This document shows positions 17,460-26,531 of a DNA stretch of 64,000 nucleotides, piece by piece. Below the pieces are notes generated by a model, which did not search any database, had not been told where the DNA came from, and worked only from the letters and a program-made list of their open reading frames with translations. Every line of letters begins with the position of its first letter. The stretch's first letter is position 1. Origin of the DNA: Thauera sp. (GTDB taxonomy: Bacteria > Pseudomonadota > Gammaproteobacteria > Burkholderiales > Rhodocyclaceae); the NCBI GenBank assembly GCA_034005275.1, contig JAVEVA010000004.1, positions 25,355 through 89,354 of the forward strand, in the 5' to 3' direction. A program made the position numbers and the translations under genes.

Positions 17460-19406
17460 TCAGGAGGCAGGCTTGCTGCCGTTGTCGCCGAGCTTGAAGT
17501 TCTGCACCAGCTGGTCAAGCTGACCGGACAGCGCCGACATGTCCTTGCTCACCTGGGAGATGCGGGTGATCGACTGTGCGGTGTGCGAACTGGCGCCGAC
17601 AATTTCCCGCAAGGCCACCACCACCTGGCTGCTGGCGGTTTTCTGCTGTTCGGTGGACAGGGAGATCTGCTGGGCAGCACGGCTGGTCTCGCTGGCAGCC
17701 TCGACGATGGCGTTGAGCCGTTCGGTGGCATGGGCGCTGGCTTCCAGACCGGCGGAAATGCCATTGGCGCCTTTTTCGGAAGTGATCACCAGACGGGCGA
17801 TCGCATCCTGGATGTCGTTGATGTGGGTTTCGATGTCACGGGTGGATTCGGTGACACTGTCCGCCAGACGGCGGATCTCGCTGGCGACGACCGAGAAGCG
17901 TTTGCCTGCTTCGCCCGCACTGGAGGCTTCGAGCGCGGCGTTGAAGGCGATCAGCTTGGTCTGATCGGCCACGGTGTTGATGATTTCCATCACCCGGCTG
18001 ATCTGCTTGGACTTGTTGCCCAGCGCGACGATTTCTTCGAGATTGTGCTGATTGTCGTTGCGAATGTCGTTCATGCGGCCGAGCACGGTCTGCATGGCAC
18101 TGGTGCCCTGGCGCGAGCCTTCGAGTGTCTGGTTGGCGATGTCGACCACTGAACGCGAATGGTCGGCGATCTGGGTCGAGGATGCCGACAGCTCTTCCAT
18201 GGTGGTGGTGATTTCGGCGACTGAGGATGACATCTGGGTCGAAGTCGCAGCTTGACCAGCCACCGTGCGGCTGATGTCGTCAGCTGCGTGATGGACGAGC
18301 GCCGAGTTGCTGCTCACTTCGGCCACCAGGCTGCGCAAGGTGTCCTGCATCTGGCGTGTGGTCGCGGCCAGCGAGGCAACTTCGTCACCGCCATCGACCT
18401 CGACCAGGGCGCTGAGATCACCGGTGGCAACTTGATGGACGCCGTGGGCAACCTGCTCCAGACGGCGGGTGATGTGACGGGCGAGCAGCAGGGTCAGCAA
18501 CATGCCGAGCAGGATGGAAACCACACCGACAATGATTGCCACTGTGCGCGAATGCTGCAGCGATGCCTGAAACTCACTGGCATCCATGGCAATTTCGATC
18601 ACCCCGATCGGCTGGGAGGAAAAGTCGCTCACTGGCGCGGCATAAATCGCCAGCGGCACGCCGTCGATGCTGCGGTGGGTGTATTGGATCTGACCTTCGA
18701 AAGCGGCGCGCAACAGGTTTTCGTCAAGCAGGGCTTCACGGCCGAAAGTGGCGGCCAGAGTCTTGAAGCTGCCCTTGCTGCGGTCGAAGACGTGCAGGCC
18801 GGCATCGACCGCATTGTCGCGCTTGAAGCTGTCGAAGAAAGCCTGATTGAAGCTCATGCCGAATTCGACCGAGCCAAGATGGCGGCCGCCGCTGCGCAGC
18901 GGGACGATGCCGCGCACGCCCAGCCCGGCGACCCCGCCTTCAAGGCCGCGTACCGGCTGCAGGGTGGTGTTGGTCGCCACCACAGTATGGCGGAAGGCGG
19001 AAAGATCATCGCCGTGCTTTTGCGGCATGTGCACCCGCAGCCAGGAAGTGGCCGGCGGAGTGTGGAACTGGAACTGCTCGATGCCGTAATCCTGGGACAG
19101 CACGCTGAAGCCAGGCACGAAGAGGCGGCTCAAGGTCTGCCGGTCATCGTTGGCAAAGCTTTCCTGCACCAGCGGCATGCTGGCCACCAGCGCACTCAGT
19201 GCTTCAGCAGTGTGGCTTTCGGCAGCAATCGAGCGGGTGAGCGCCCGCAGGTGGCCATCCAGCGCGCTGCGTTCGGCGGTCTCGATCAGCGCGCTCAGAT
19301 TGTTGAGGTTGGTGAAGGTGAGCGTTGCCCCCACGCCACCGATGGCGACCCCGACCACCAGCATGATCTTGGCCCAGAGGCCGAATTTGCCCGCTACCAT
19401 CTGCAT
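17460..19406 (-). CDS. methyl-accepting chemotaxis protein with Cache-type periplasmic sensor and HAMP domains
   Basis: Two TM segments flank a periplasmic region of about 270 aa. This is followed by a HAMP domain and the signalling hairpin 'IADQTKLIAFNAALEASSAGEAGKRFSVVASEIRRLA'. Confidence 0.9.
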   Translation of the reverse strand: MQMVAGKFGLWAKIMLVVGVAIGGVGATLTFTNLNNLSALIETAERSALDGHLRALTRSIAAESHTAEALSALVASMPLVQESFANDDRQTLSRLFVPGFSVLSQDYGIEQFQFHTPPATSWLRVHMPQKHGDDLSAFRHTVVATNTTLQPVRGLEGGVAGLGVRGIVPLRSGGRHLGSVEFGMSFNQAFFDSFKRDNAVDAGLHVFDRSKGSFKTLAATFGREALLDENLLRAAFEGQIQYTHRSIDGVPLAIYAAPVSDFSSQPIGVIEIAMDASEFQASLQHSRTVAIIVGVVSILLGMLLTLLLARHITRRLEQVAHGVHQVATGDLSALVEVDGGDEVASLAATTRQMQDTLRSLVAEVSSNSALVHHAADDISRTVAGQAATSTQMSSSVAEITTTMEELSASSTQIADHSRSVVDIANQTLEGSRQGTSAMQTVLGRMNDIRNDNQHNLEEIVALGNKSKQISRVMEIINTVADQTKLIAFNAALEASSAGEAGKRFSVVASEIRRLADSVTESTRDIETHINDIQDAIARLVITSEKGANGISAGLEASAHATERLNAIVEAASETSRAAQQISLSTEQQKTASSQVVVALREIVGASSHTAQSITRISQVSKDMSALSGQLDQLVQNFKLGDNGSKPAS

Positions 19407-19533
19407 ACGTTTCCGCCAGAAATTGGTGAATGCCCCGTCCCTCCGGGACGCAGACCGAGCGCAGATTCTTGCATAACCGAACGCGCTTGTCTCGATTGCC
19501 GCGCAGCTCAGGCCGTCGAGCCGGGCGGTCGCT

Positions 19534-19705
19534 TCAGCCTTGTGTCAGGGTTTCGAATTGGAGGCCGGTGATGTTGCTGGCCGGTTTGGATGCCGACGAG
19601 CTGGACAGGACCGCTGGCGCGGTATTGTCGGCGTAGTGGCGTGCCTTGGGCTGGACGAGGGTGGAGCCATGCGCCCGGGCAGCCTCTTCATCGACATGGC
19701 TGAAA
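19534..19705 (-). pseudogene. remnant: last ~50 codons of an AAA-ATPase-like/PD-(D/E)XK (PF09820/PF08011-type) gene
   Basis: Translation '...GSTLVQPKARHYADNTAPAVLSSSSASKPASNITGLQFETLTQG*' parallels the C-terminus of the intact gene at 26532-28097 ('...GRALAQLKARHYADKYRTSGPVHLVGVEFSQRERNIVGFEFETLAPE*'). A 20-nt identical run 'tcggcgtagtggcgtgcctt' occurs at 19628-19647 and 26635-26654. Confidence 0.65.
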
Positions 19706-19710
19706 CCAGG

Positions 19711-19737
19711 AAAACCAAGCGGTTGTCCTGTTGTTTG
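19711..19737. repeat. left copy of a 27-bp direct repeat (24/27 identical, 16-bp perfect core GTTGTCCTGTTGTTTG) bracketing fic
   Basis: 'aaaaccaagcggttgtcctgttgtttg' here versus 'aaaacgaagtagttgtcctgttgtttg' at 21047-21073. Confidence 0.7.
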
Positions 19738-19762
19738 TCCCCTGCGGTGAATAGCACTCCTT

Positions 19763-19785
19763 ATCACCGCACAATGTGCGGTGAT
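19763..19785. promoter_or_regulatory. perfect 11-bp-arm palindrome ATCACCGCACA-a-TGTGCGGTGAT, 40 nt upstream of fic (candidate operator)
   Basis: Read directly. 'cataat' lies at 19813-19818, just before the fic ATG. Confidence 0.4.
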
Positions 19786-19825
19786 TGGCATTGCGAATGC
19801 CGAGCTTGTGGCACATAATCTCCGC

Positions 19826-20950
19826 ATGAATAGCGGTGATTGCACGTATATCTGGCAGGTCAGCGATTGGCCTCACTGGCGCTTCGACCTGGCTGCATTG
19901 GCGGAGCCGATGGTGGGGGTCAGTCGTGCCCAAGGCGTTTTGCTGGGTCGATTATCGGACGTCGGCATGGCCTTGCGCGATCAGGCCAGCCTGGCTGCGC
20001 TCACCGATGATGTGGTCAAAACCAGCGAGATCGAGGGCGAGACGCTCAGTGTCGAATCCGTGCGCTCTTCCATCGCTCGCCGCCTTGGAGTCGACATTGG
20101 TGCGCTGGCACCGGTGGATCGCCATGTCGAAGGCGTGGTGGAAATGGTGCTGGATGCCACCGTCAATGCCCGCACCCCTGTCAATCAGGAGCGTCTGTTC
20201 GGTTGGCATGCCGCCCTGTTCCCCACGGGCTACTCCGGTCTGGCGAAAATCAGCGTGGGCGTCTGGCGTGATGATGCCAACGGCCCAATGCAAGTGGTGT
20301 CCGGTCCCATCGGTCGTCAGCGGGTGCATTACGAAGCGCCACCGGCGAATCGGCTGGATACCGAAATTTGCAGATTCTTTGACTGGGTCAATGGCCCTGC
20401 AAACGATCCGTCCTTGCTCAGGGCTGGCCTCGGCCATCTGTGGTTTGTAAGCTTGCATCCGTTCGAGGATGGTAACGGTCGTATCGCCCGAGCCATGGGG
20501 GATTTGCTTCTGGCGCGTGCCGATGGCAGTCCTCAGCGCTTTTACAGTTTGTCTGCCCAGATCCAGAGAGAACGCAAGGCCTACTACGACATCCTGGAGC
20601 GAACCCAGAAACGGTCGATGGATGTTACCGAGTGGCTTCTCTGGTTCCTTGAAACCTTGCATCGCGCCGTCGATCAGGCGCAGGCCACGCTCGACACCGT
20701 GCTGGTCAAGGCACGATTCTGGCGGCACTGGGGCTCAATGCCGCTGAACGGACGACAAGTGAAAATGTTGAACAAATTGCTGGATGGTTTTGATGGCAAG
20801 CTGACCACCAGCAAGTGGGCGGCCATCGCCAAGTGCTCGCAAGATACCGCGTTGCGGGATATCAGCGACTTGCTGACACGCCGTGTGCTGCGCAAATCCG
20901 ATGGCGGTGGCCGGAGCACCAGCTACGAGCTGGATGATCTACCGCAATAG
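19826..20950 (+). CDS. Fic-family protein (DUF4172-type N-terminus, Fic core, C-terminal winged-helix-like tail), class II with N-terminal inhibitory motif
   Basis: Fic motif 'HPFEDGNGRIARAMG'. The inhibitory (S/T)xxxE(G/N) motif is seen as 'KTSEIEGE'. The N-terminus 'YIWQVSDWPHWRFD' is typical of this subfamily. I chose the ATG at 19826. Confidence 0.88.
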   Translation: MNSGDCTYIWQVSDWPHWRFDLAALAEPMVGVSRAQGVLLGRLSDVGMALRDQASLAALTDDVVKTSEIEGETLSVESVRSSIARRLGVDIGALAPVDRHVEGVVEMVLDATVNARTPVNQERLFGWHAALFPTGYSGLAKISVGVWRDDANGPMQVVSGPIGRQRVHYEAPPANRLDTEICRFFDWVNGPANDPSLLRAGLGHLWFVSLHPFEDGNGRIARAMGDLLLARADGSPQRFYSLSAQIQRERKAYYDILERTQKRSMDVTEWLLWFLETLHRAVDQAQATLDTVLVKARFWRHWGSMPLNGRQVKMLNKLLDGFDGKLTTSKWAAIAKCSQDTALRDISDLLTRRVLRKSDGGGRSTSYELDDLPQ

Positions 20951-21046
20951 AGCCACCGATGATCGGCATATAGCAGCCACTTGAGCCGGGCTCAGACGGA
21001 CGTCTTTGGGGATCAAGAACCAGTGTTTTTCGGGTGTTTGCAAGCT

Positions 21047-21073
21047 AAAACGAAGTAGTTGTCCTGTTGTTTG
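21047..21073. repeat. right copy of the 27-bp direct repeat bracketing fic
   Basis: See 19711-19737. Confidence 0.7.
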
Positions 21074-21259
21074 CACTGCTGCTTTAACGGCTGATGACTC
21101 GGAGCTCCGGCGGCGTGCGAAAACTGAGCAAGGCAGGCAATATCGGTCACCGTAAAGGGGCAGGCGGGTTATTTGGCCGTCGAGTGGCGGGTCGGTCATA
21201 ATTCTTGACGCGGATGCCTATTTGTGACCCAATGCAGGGGAACAATATGAGGTGATCCC

Positions 21260-21592
21260 ATGCAGGCCTTCACTATCCGCGAACTGCGCGAACGCTCCGG
21301 CGACCTGAGTCGTGAGGCCGATGAGGGTCGGCTGGCGCTTGTCACCCGGCACGGACAGCCACTGTTTGTCAGCGTTCCCTTCACCGAGGAGCTGCTGGAG
21401 GCGGGCGTCCATGCGGCATTAGCTGTGAATCTGTTCAAGAGCGGCGAGATGACCTCTGCACGCGCTGCCAAAGTGGCACGAATGAGCGTGCCTCAATTTT
21501 TGGCGTATCTGTCTGCACAGGGCATTCCGGTAGTTGATCACGATCCCGCGGAGCTGGAGCAAGAACTCGCAGCCTTTGATGCGGCGCAATGA
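21260..21592 (+). CDS. type II antitoxin, apparent fusion of a Phd/YefM-like N-terminus and a UPF0175-like C-terminus
   Basis: N-terminus 'FTIRELRERSGDLSREADEGRLALVTRHGQPLFVSVP'. C-terminus 'AVNLFKSGEMTSARAAKVARMSVPQFLAYLSAQGIPVVDHDPAELEQEL'. RBS GAGGTGA; the stop overlaps the next ATG (ATGA). Confidence 0.75.
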   Translation: MQAFTIRELRERSGDLSREADEGRLALVTRHGQPLFVSVPFTEELLEAGVHAALAVNLFKSGEMTSARAAKVARMSVPQFLAYLSAQGIPVVDHDPAELEQELAAFDAAQ

Positions 21593-22086
21593 GTCGGCCT
21601 GTCGTTGTTGCTGACTCCGGCCCCCTGATTGCGCTGGCCGGGTGTGGGGAACTGGATCTGTTGGTCGCCGTTTTCGATACTCTCCATGTGCCGCAAAAGG
21701 TGCTGGATGAAACCACGGCAGATCGCTCGCGCCCCGGTGCGGCCGACATCGCCGCCTTTGTTCAGGTCCGCGCACAGGTGCATCCCAACCGCAGTGATGC
21801 GGTCTACGCTGCCGCTGTCAGCTACCTCGACGATGGCGAGGCGCAGGCTCTGAGCCTGGCGCAAGCTTTGGGCTGCGGTGTGCTGATGGACGAGCGCCGT
21901 GGCCGCCAAACGGCGACCCGCCAAGGTGTGTCCCTGTTTGGCGTGCTGGGTGTGCTGTTGCAGGCCAAGCGAATCGGCAAGCTCGAACGCATTGCGCCCG
22001 CATTGGAGCGGATGCAGACCAACGGCTACCGTATTTCGCAGGCGCTCATTGATGAGGCCCTGCGGCTCGCCGGCGAAACCCGCTGA
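21589..22086 (+). CDS. DUF3368-type PIN-like nuclease toxin
   Basis: 'VVVADSGPLIALAGCGELDLL', 'DDGEAQALSLA', 'VLMDERRGR', 'GVLGVLLQAKRIG', 'GYRISQALIDEAL'. This is the usual partner of UPF0175 antitoxins. Confidence 0.75.
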   Translation: MSRPVVVADSGPLIALAGCGELDLLVAVFDTLHVPQKVLDETTADRSRPGAADIAAFVQVRAQVHPNRSDAVYAAAVSYLDDGEAQALSLAQALGCGVLMDERRGRQTATRQGVSLFGVLGVLLQAKRIGKLERIAPALERMQTNGYRISQALIDEALRLAGETR

Positions 22087-22229
22087 GCCATCAAACGGGC
22101 AGAACAACGCACGGAAAAACGCATGGAAAAACGGGGTGGGTGTCCTGTCGACTTTCCTGGCATGGCAAACCTGCGGGACGGTCAGTTTTTTCCCTTCATG
22201 CCCCTCAGGGGCTCGTAAATCAAAATTGG

Positions 22230-22502
22230 TTATCGCCGATAAACATCCCGGCGGTTACCGATCTTGACGACCAGGATGTGCATCAATCCGTCCTCGATGC
22301 TGGAGATCAGCCGGTAGTCGCCCACGCGATACTTCCAGAACTCCCCGAGCTTGCTGCCCTTGAGGGCCTCGCCAATGCTGCGCGGGTCTTCAAGCTTCGC
22401 CACGCGCTCGAACAAGAAGAGCAGGATGCGCCGGGCGTCCTGAGGGTCGAGTTTTGCCAACTCGCGTTCGGCGGCGGGATCGAGCTCAACCTTCCACGCC
22501 AT
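22230..22502 (-). CDS. RelE/ParE-family type II toxin
   Basis: 'WKVELDPAAERELAKLDPQDARRI', 'FWKYRVGDYRLISSIEDGLMHILVVKIGNRRDVY'. Confidence 0.85.
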   Translation of the reverse strand: MAWKVELDPAAERELAKLDPQDARRILLFLFERVAKLEDPRSIGEALKGSKLGEFWKYRVGDYRLISSIEDGLMHILVVKIGNRRDVYRR

Positions 22503-22716
22503 AGCGCTCCATCACATCTTCGAGTGGAACCGTCCGGGTCTTGCCCGAGCGGATATCTGCCAGGCGTTGCTCGGCGAGGTACAGATCCTCAAGGTCATCA
22601 AGGTGCTCCCGGATGGCCTCGACCATGTAGTAGGTCTTGCTGCGCCCCGTCATCTGAGCCAGATTCTGCAGCCTTTGCGAGATGTCATCAGGCAGGCGGA
22701 TGGAAATGGCACTCAT
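22486..22716 (-). CDS. ribbon-helix-helix (RelB/ParD-like) antitoxin
   Basis: 'ISIRLPDDISQRLQNLAQMTGRSKTYYMVEAIREHL'. It overlaps the toxin gene by 17 nt. Confidence 0.82.
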   Translation of the reverse strand: MSAISIRLPDDISQRLQNLAQMTGRSKTYYMVEAIREHLDDLEDLYLAEQRLADIRSGKTRTVPLEDVMERYGVEG

Positions 22717-22785
22717 CGCAGATGACTCCTGACAACCGAATAGAGGTGCAAGTATCTCACACCGGGCTGTGATCTGAGCACCCCA

Positions 22786-25700
22786 CTACACCGCTCCGGC
22801 GCCAGCCGAGGTGTAGCGGCCATCCTGCTGTTTGCTCAGCATGCCGAGTTCTTCGAGGGCGTCGAGTACCGCCTGGACGGCGGCGGTGGGTTTGCGCTTG
22901 AAGCGGGTGGCGAGTTCGGCGGTGGTCTGGGCGTCGCTGGCGAGGGCGCTGCGCACGGCGGCGATCTGTTCGCGCATGGTCTTGGGCCAGTTCAGTTTGT
23001 CGCTGCTGATGGCGGTGTTGTCCGGTACGCCGTCTGCATCGGCTGAAGTGGATTCGGTGTCGAGCCGGGTCTGGTGGCTGCTGTGACCTTGCGGATTCTG
23101 GTAGTCGGGGCGCAGCCAGCGGATGTGGCCCTGCGCTTCTTCGGCGGCGCGCTGGCGGTTGAGTTCGACCAGGCGTTTGAGCAGTTCTTCTTCGGCCGCT
23201 GCCTGGGTTTCAGTTTTGTCGGGCAGCGGAGTGGTGGCACCGGGCAGGCCGATCAGTTGTGCGGCGAGATCGTGCCAGCCGTAGGCGTCGAGCACCGCGC
23301 GGTCGAGCTCGTCGTGCAGTTCGCGCAGCACCGAGACCAGGCCCTGTTCGTGGGTGATCTTGTCCTTGGCGGTCAACGGTTCGCTGGCGCGCAGTTTTTC
23401 CAGCACGTTGTACAGATTGGTCAGCGTCAGCTCGGGGTGCTGTGCCTGCTGGCGTTTGCGGTGGGCGTCGAGACGTTCGGCGAGATCGCGGATTGTGGCC
23501 TGCTGTTCGGGACTGGTGTCGGGGAAGGGGAAGGTTTCGAAGCAGACGCTTTTGTTATAGCGAGGACGGTCTTCGAGCGTACCGCCAGCGGCCAAAGCCC
23601 AGGCGCAATGGATGCGGCTGGAGAGGACGCCCAGCGGATAGGTGTCGGCACTGGCAATGCTGATGAGCATGTTGTCGGGCAGGATGTCAGCTTCAAGGAA
23701 CTGGAACAGCCGGTGTTTGGTGGTTTCGACTGTTGCTATGAAACGAGGCAAGCCGGCAAGCTGCTTTCTCAACTCGCTGCGAGGCTTCCCGAAAAGCCAC
23801 CACAAGGCAGCATAGCCTGCGCCATCTTTGGTGTCGGATTTAGCATCGCGATCGGGCTTTACCCGCTCAAGCACATGCTGATACAGCGATGGAAACTCGT
23901 TGCGCAGTTGTTGCAGATCCAGGCCGAACAGGTCGATCACCATCACGCCGCGTGGTGACTGGGTCAAATCGCGGCCATTGCGATAATCGCGGATGTGCCG
24001 CTCAATGTCCGGCTGAGTGCCCAGTCCCAGTTTGGCGGCTTCTTCCGGCGTGACGATAAAGCCGGAACCGTGCAGTTTGACTCCCGGTGAGCTGATGTTT
24101 TGCATGGCTTGCAGCGCCTGAGCAGCAGCGACATTGGCGCCGGTTTTGAGGTCAGCAAACAAGACGCCACGCTGCTCCCCGAGACGTACTTCAACTTCAT
24201 CCTGCACACTTTGTGAAGCGGTTTCTTCCCGCACCTGCAACAAACGTCCCGTTTCAATATTCCGTCCGCCGACGGTCATCGCAATGCGTACCGCAGCGCC
24301 GTCCGCTGCATCCACCCAGGGATGATCAGGAATGGCAAAAGCCAGCGTGAGCGGATTCTTTTTCGCTTCCAGCTGGGCCTGTACCACGCGTCGGTTGAAA
24401 GTCTGCTTGATCGAGTTGGTGGTGATGAAACCGAACTGGCGGGCGCTGCCGGCGCGTACTGCTTCAGCGGCGATGTGCCACCAGTACATGACGAAATCTG
24501 CTGATTCGGGAATTTCCTTCCAGGTGCTGCGCACCGCATCGACATAGCCATCGCCAAGCGCGCGGCGCATGGTGGAAGCGCCGATGAACGGCGGATTGCC
24601 CACAATGTAATCCGCCTGCGGCCACTCCGCCTTGCGCGGATTCAGGTAACGATATTGCACGATCTGCGCAGTTTCATCGGGAATCGGCTCGCCGGTGATC
24701 GGGCTGGTCTTGTAGCGGATGCCGTCCCAGCGCGTGAGCGGCTGGCCGTGTTCGTTGCAGAGCACTTCCTCCGCATCGTAGGCGAGCAAGGCGTCGCGGT
24801 TTTCGATGTTCTTGAAGTCACGCAGTACCGGTTCAGGTGGGCTGATGCGGCCGTGAGTGCGGAAATGCCATTGCAGATAGCCGATCCACAGCACCATTTC
24901 GGCAATGCGCGCGGCGCGGGGATTGATTTCCAGACCGAGAAACTGGTGCGGGTCGACGGTGACGCCTTCCATATCGAGCAGGCCCTGGGACTCACCCAGA
25001 TCGTGCAGCAGATTGAGCACTTCGCCTTCGAGGCGCTTCATGTGCTCCAGCGTGACATACAAAAAGTTGCCGCTGCCGCAGGCCGGGTCGAGGATGCGCA
25101 GCTGGCAGAGGTGCTGATGGAAGCTGCGTACTTCGGCGACCGCCTGTTTGCGCTTGTGTTGGTTTTCGTACGCGAGTGCGGCAGTCTGGACTTCCTGCCA
25201 TTCCTTGCGCAGCGGTTCGATCACCGTTGGCAACACCAGGCGTTCGACGTAGGCGCGTGGCGTGTAGTGGGCGCCGAGCTTGTGGCGTTCGCGGGGGTCG
25301 AGCGCGCGTTCGAGCAAAGTGCCGAAAATCGCCGGTTCAACATACGTCCAGTCGGCGGTCGCTGCCTTGATCAGCAGTTCGATCTGCTCGCGTTTCAGGG
25401 GCAGCGCCCTGGAGCTGGCAAACAGGCCGCCGTTGAAGCGCAGGATGCTGCGCTCCAGAATCGGCGAGAAGCCGCCGCTGTTCATGCTGCCCCACAGGTG
25501 TTCGAGCATCGGCGCGAAGGTGTCGGGGGTGTTTTTCAGCCGTTCGAGCAGGCTGGCAAAGCTGCGCGCCGGCAGCAGGCCGACGTCTTCGGCAAACATG
25601 GTGAACAGCGCCCGCATCATGAATTCCGCCACTTGCTGGGCGGGATGGCCATCGGCTTCCAGCGATTTGGCCAGTCTGGCGAGCTGGTCGGCAATGTCGC

Positions 25701-26301
25701 GAGTGACGCGGGCCGCTTCGCGGCTGGGGTCGAGGCTCAGTGGCTCCAGCCAGACCGCACGCAGACGCTGACGGATCGCCGGCTGGTGCAGCTCGGCAAG
25801 CTGGATGCGGTGGCTGCGTGCGTCGGGAAACGGTGTGTAGGTGGCGCCGGAGCGGGAGAACTCGGCGTACAGCTCGATATTGCGGCCGACATCGGTGACA
25901 ACGATGAAAGGCGGACGGCCTTCATCAGCAGGCAGGGCGCGGACGTATTGATCGGCCTGGTTGTGCGCGCGCAGCATGGCTTTGTCCCAGCCGCTGCTCT
26001 CCATGTTGAGACCGCTCTGCTTGGCTTCGAGCACGAAACTGCCGCGGCGGTAGAGGTCAATGAAGCCGTTGCTGGTGCTGCCGTCGGGCTTGCTGAGAAT
26101 GACGCGGCGCTCGAACACGTAGGCGTTGTCACGCCGCTCCTCACTTGCCGGCTCGGGCTGGGGCAGGTCGAGCAGGGCGCACAGTTCGAGCAGAAAGAGC
26201 TGATAGTTGGCGCGCTCGCTGCCGCTGACATCCTGCCAGCGTTCGATGAAAGCGGTGATGGCCGGCTGACCGGCCTGAGTGTCGGAAATGGGGGCGTTCA
26301 T
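22786..26301 (-). CDS. MmeI-family type IIL (IIG) restriction-modification enzyme: N-terminal PD-(D/E)XK nuclease, gamma-class N6-adenine methyltransferase, target-recognition region, long C-terminal extension
   Basis: The nuclease motif '[19 protein letters not shown]' has the same D-x9-E-x-K spacing as MmeI 'FVDLFWPGILLIEMK' (recalled from memory). Also '[12 protein letters not shown]', '[27 protein letters not shown]', motif I '[13 protein letters not shown]' and motif IV 'GNPPFIG'. Confidence 0.8.
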   Translation of the reverse strand: MNAPISDTQAGQPAITAFIERWQDVSGSERANYQLFLLELCALLDLPQPEPASEERRDNAYVFERRVILSKPDGSTSNGFIDLYRRGSFVLEAKQSGLNMESSGWDKAMLRAHNQADQYVRALPADEGRPPFIVVTDVGRNIELYAEFSRSGATYTPFPDARSHRIQLAELHQPAIRQRLRAVWLEPLSLDPSREAARVTRDIADQLARLAKSLEADGHPAQQVAEFMMRALFTMFAEDVGLLPARSFASLLERLKNTPDTFAPMLEHLWGSMNSGGFSPILERSILRFNGGLFASSRALPLKREQIELLIKAATADWTYVEPAIFGTLLERALDPRERHKLGAHYTPRAYVERLVLPTVIEPLRKEWQEVQTAALAYENQHKRKQAVAEVRSFHQHLCQLRILDPACGSGNFLYVTLEHMKRLEGEVLNLLHDLGESQGLLDMEGVTVDPHQFLGLEINPRAARIAEMVLWIGYLQWHFRTHGRISPPEPVLRDFKNIENRDALLAYDAEEVLCNEHGQPLTRWDGIRYKTSPITGEPIPDETAQIVQYRYLNPRKAEWPQADYIVGNPPFIGASTMRRALGDGYVDAVRSTWKEIPESADFVMYWWHIAAEAVRAGSARQFGFITTNSIKQTFNRRVVQAQLEAKKNPLTLAFAIPDHPWVDAADGAAVRIAMTVGGRNIETGRLLQVREETASQSVQDEVEVRLGEQRGVLFADLKTGANVAAAQALQAMQNISSPGVKLHGSGFIVTPEEAAKLGLGTQPDIERHIRDYRNGRDLTQSPRGVMVIDLFGLDLQQLRNEFPSLYQHVLERVKPDRDAKSDTKDGAGYAALWWLFGKPRSELRKQLAGLPRFIATVETTKHRLFQFLEADILPDNMLISIASADTYPLGVLSSRIHCAWALAAGGTLEDRPRYNKSVCFETFPFPDTSPEQQATIRDLAERLDAHRKRQQAQHPELTLTNLYNVLEKLRASEPLTAKDKITHEQGLVSVLRELHDELDRAVLDAYGWHDLAAQLIGLPGATTPLPDKTETQAAAEEELLKRLVELNRQRAAEEAQGHIRWLRPDYQNPQGHSSHQTRLDTESTSADADGVPDNTAISSDKLNWPKTMREQIAAVRSALASDAQTTAELATRFKRKPTAAVQAVLDALEELGMLSKQQDGRYTSAGAGAV

Positions 26302-26409
26302 GGGCGGATTATGACGGTTTTAGCGAGAAAATCGGGTGCGGCGCTTGATCCACGCATGAATGCCCCGCTGCAGTCCTCCGTCCTCTTTTGAAGGTGGGTT
26401 TTTCTTGTT

Positions 26410-26440
26410 CTTGTGGTGTCGGGGCCATGCCCCGGCTTGC
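26410..26440. repeat. REP-like element, family A
   Basis: 'cttgtggtgtcggggccatgccccggcttgc', between the MmeI-like gene and the AAA-ATPase gene. Confidence 0.7.
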
Positions 26441-26531
26441 TCCGATTGGCAACACAAACCCCACGCGCAATGCTGTGTGGCAAGGCTTTGCTCCCCTCGC
26501 GGGCGAGTGGTCGGGGGTGGGGGGAGAGACT

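Noticed and set aside
20939-21199. 86-aa minus-strand ORF between fic and the antitoxin gene; also 21196-21471(-). I checked whether it continues the ghost AAA-ATPase/PD-(D/E)XK gene beyond the right copy of the 27-bp repeat.
   Set aside because: It has no RBS and no convincing similarity to the intact paralogue. Only 'QTTGQ', encoded by the repeat itself, is shared, so the resemblance is repeat-derived.
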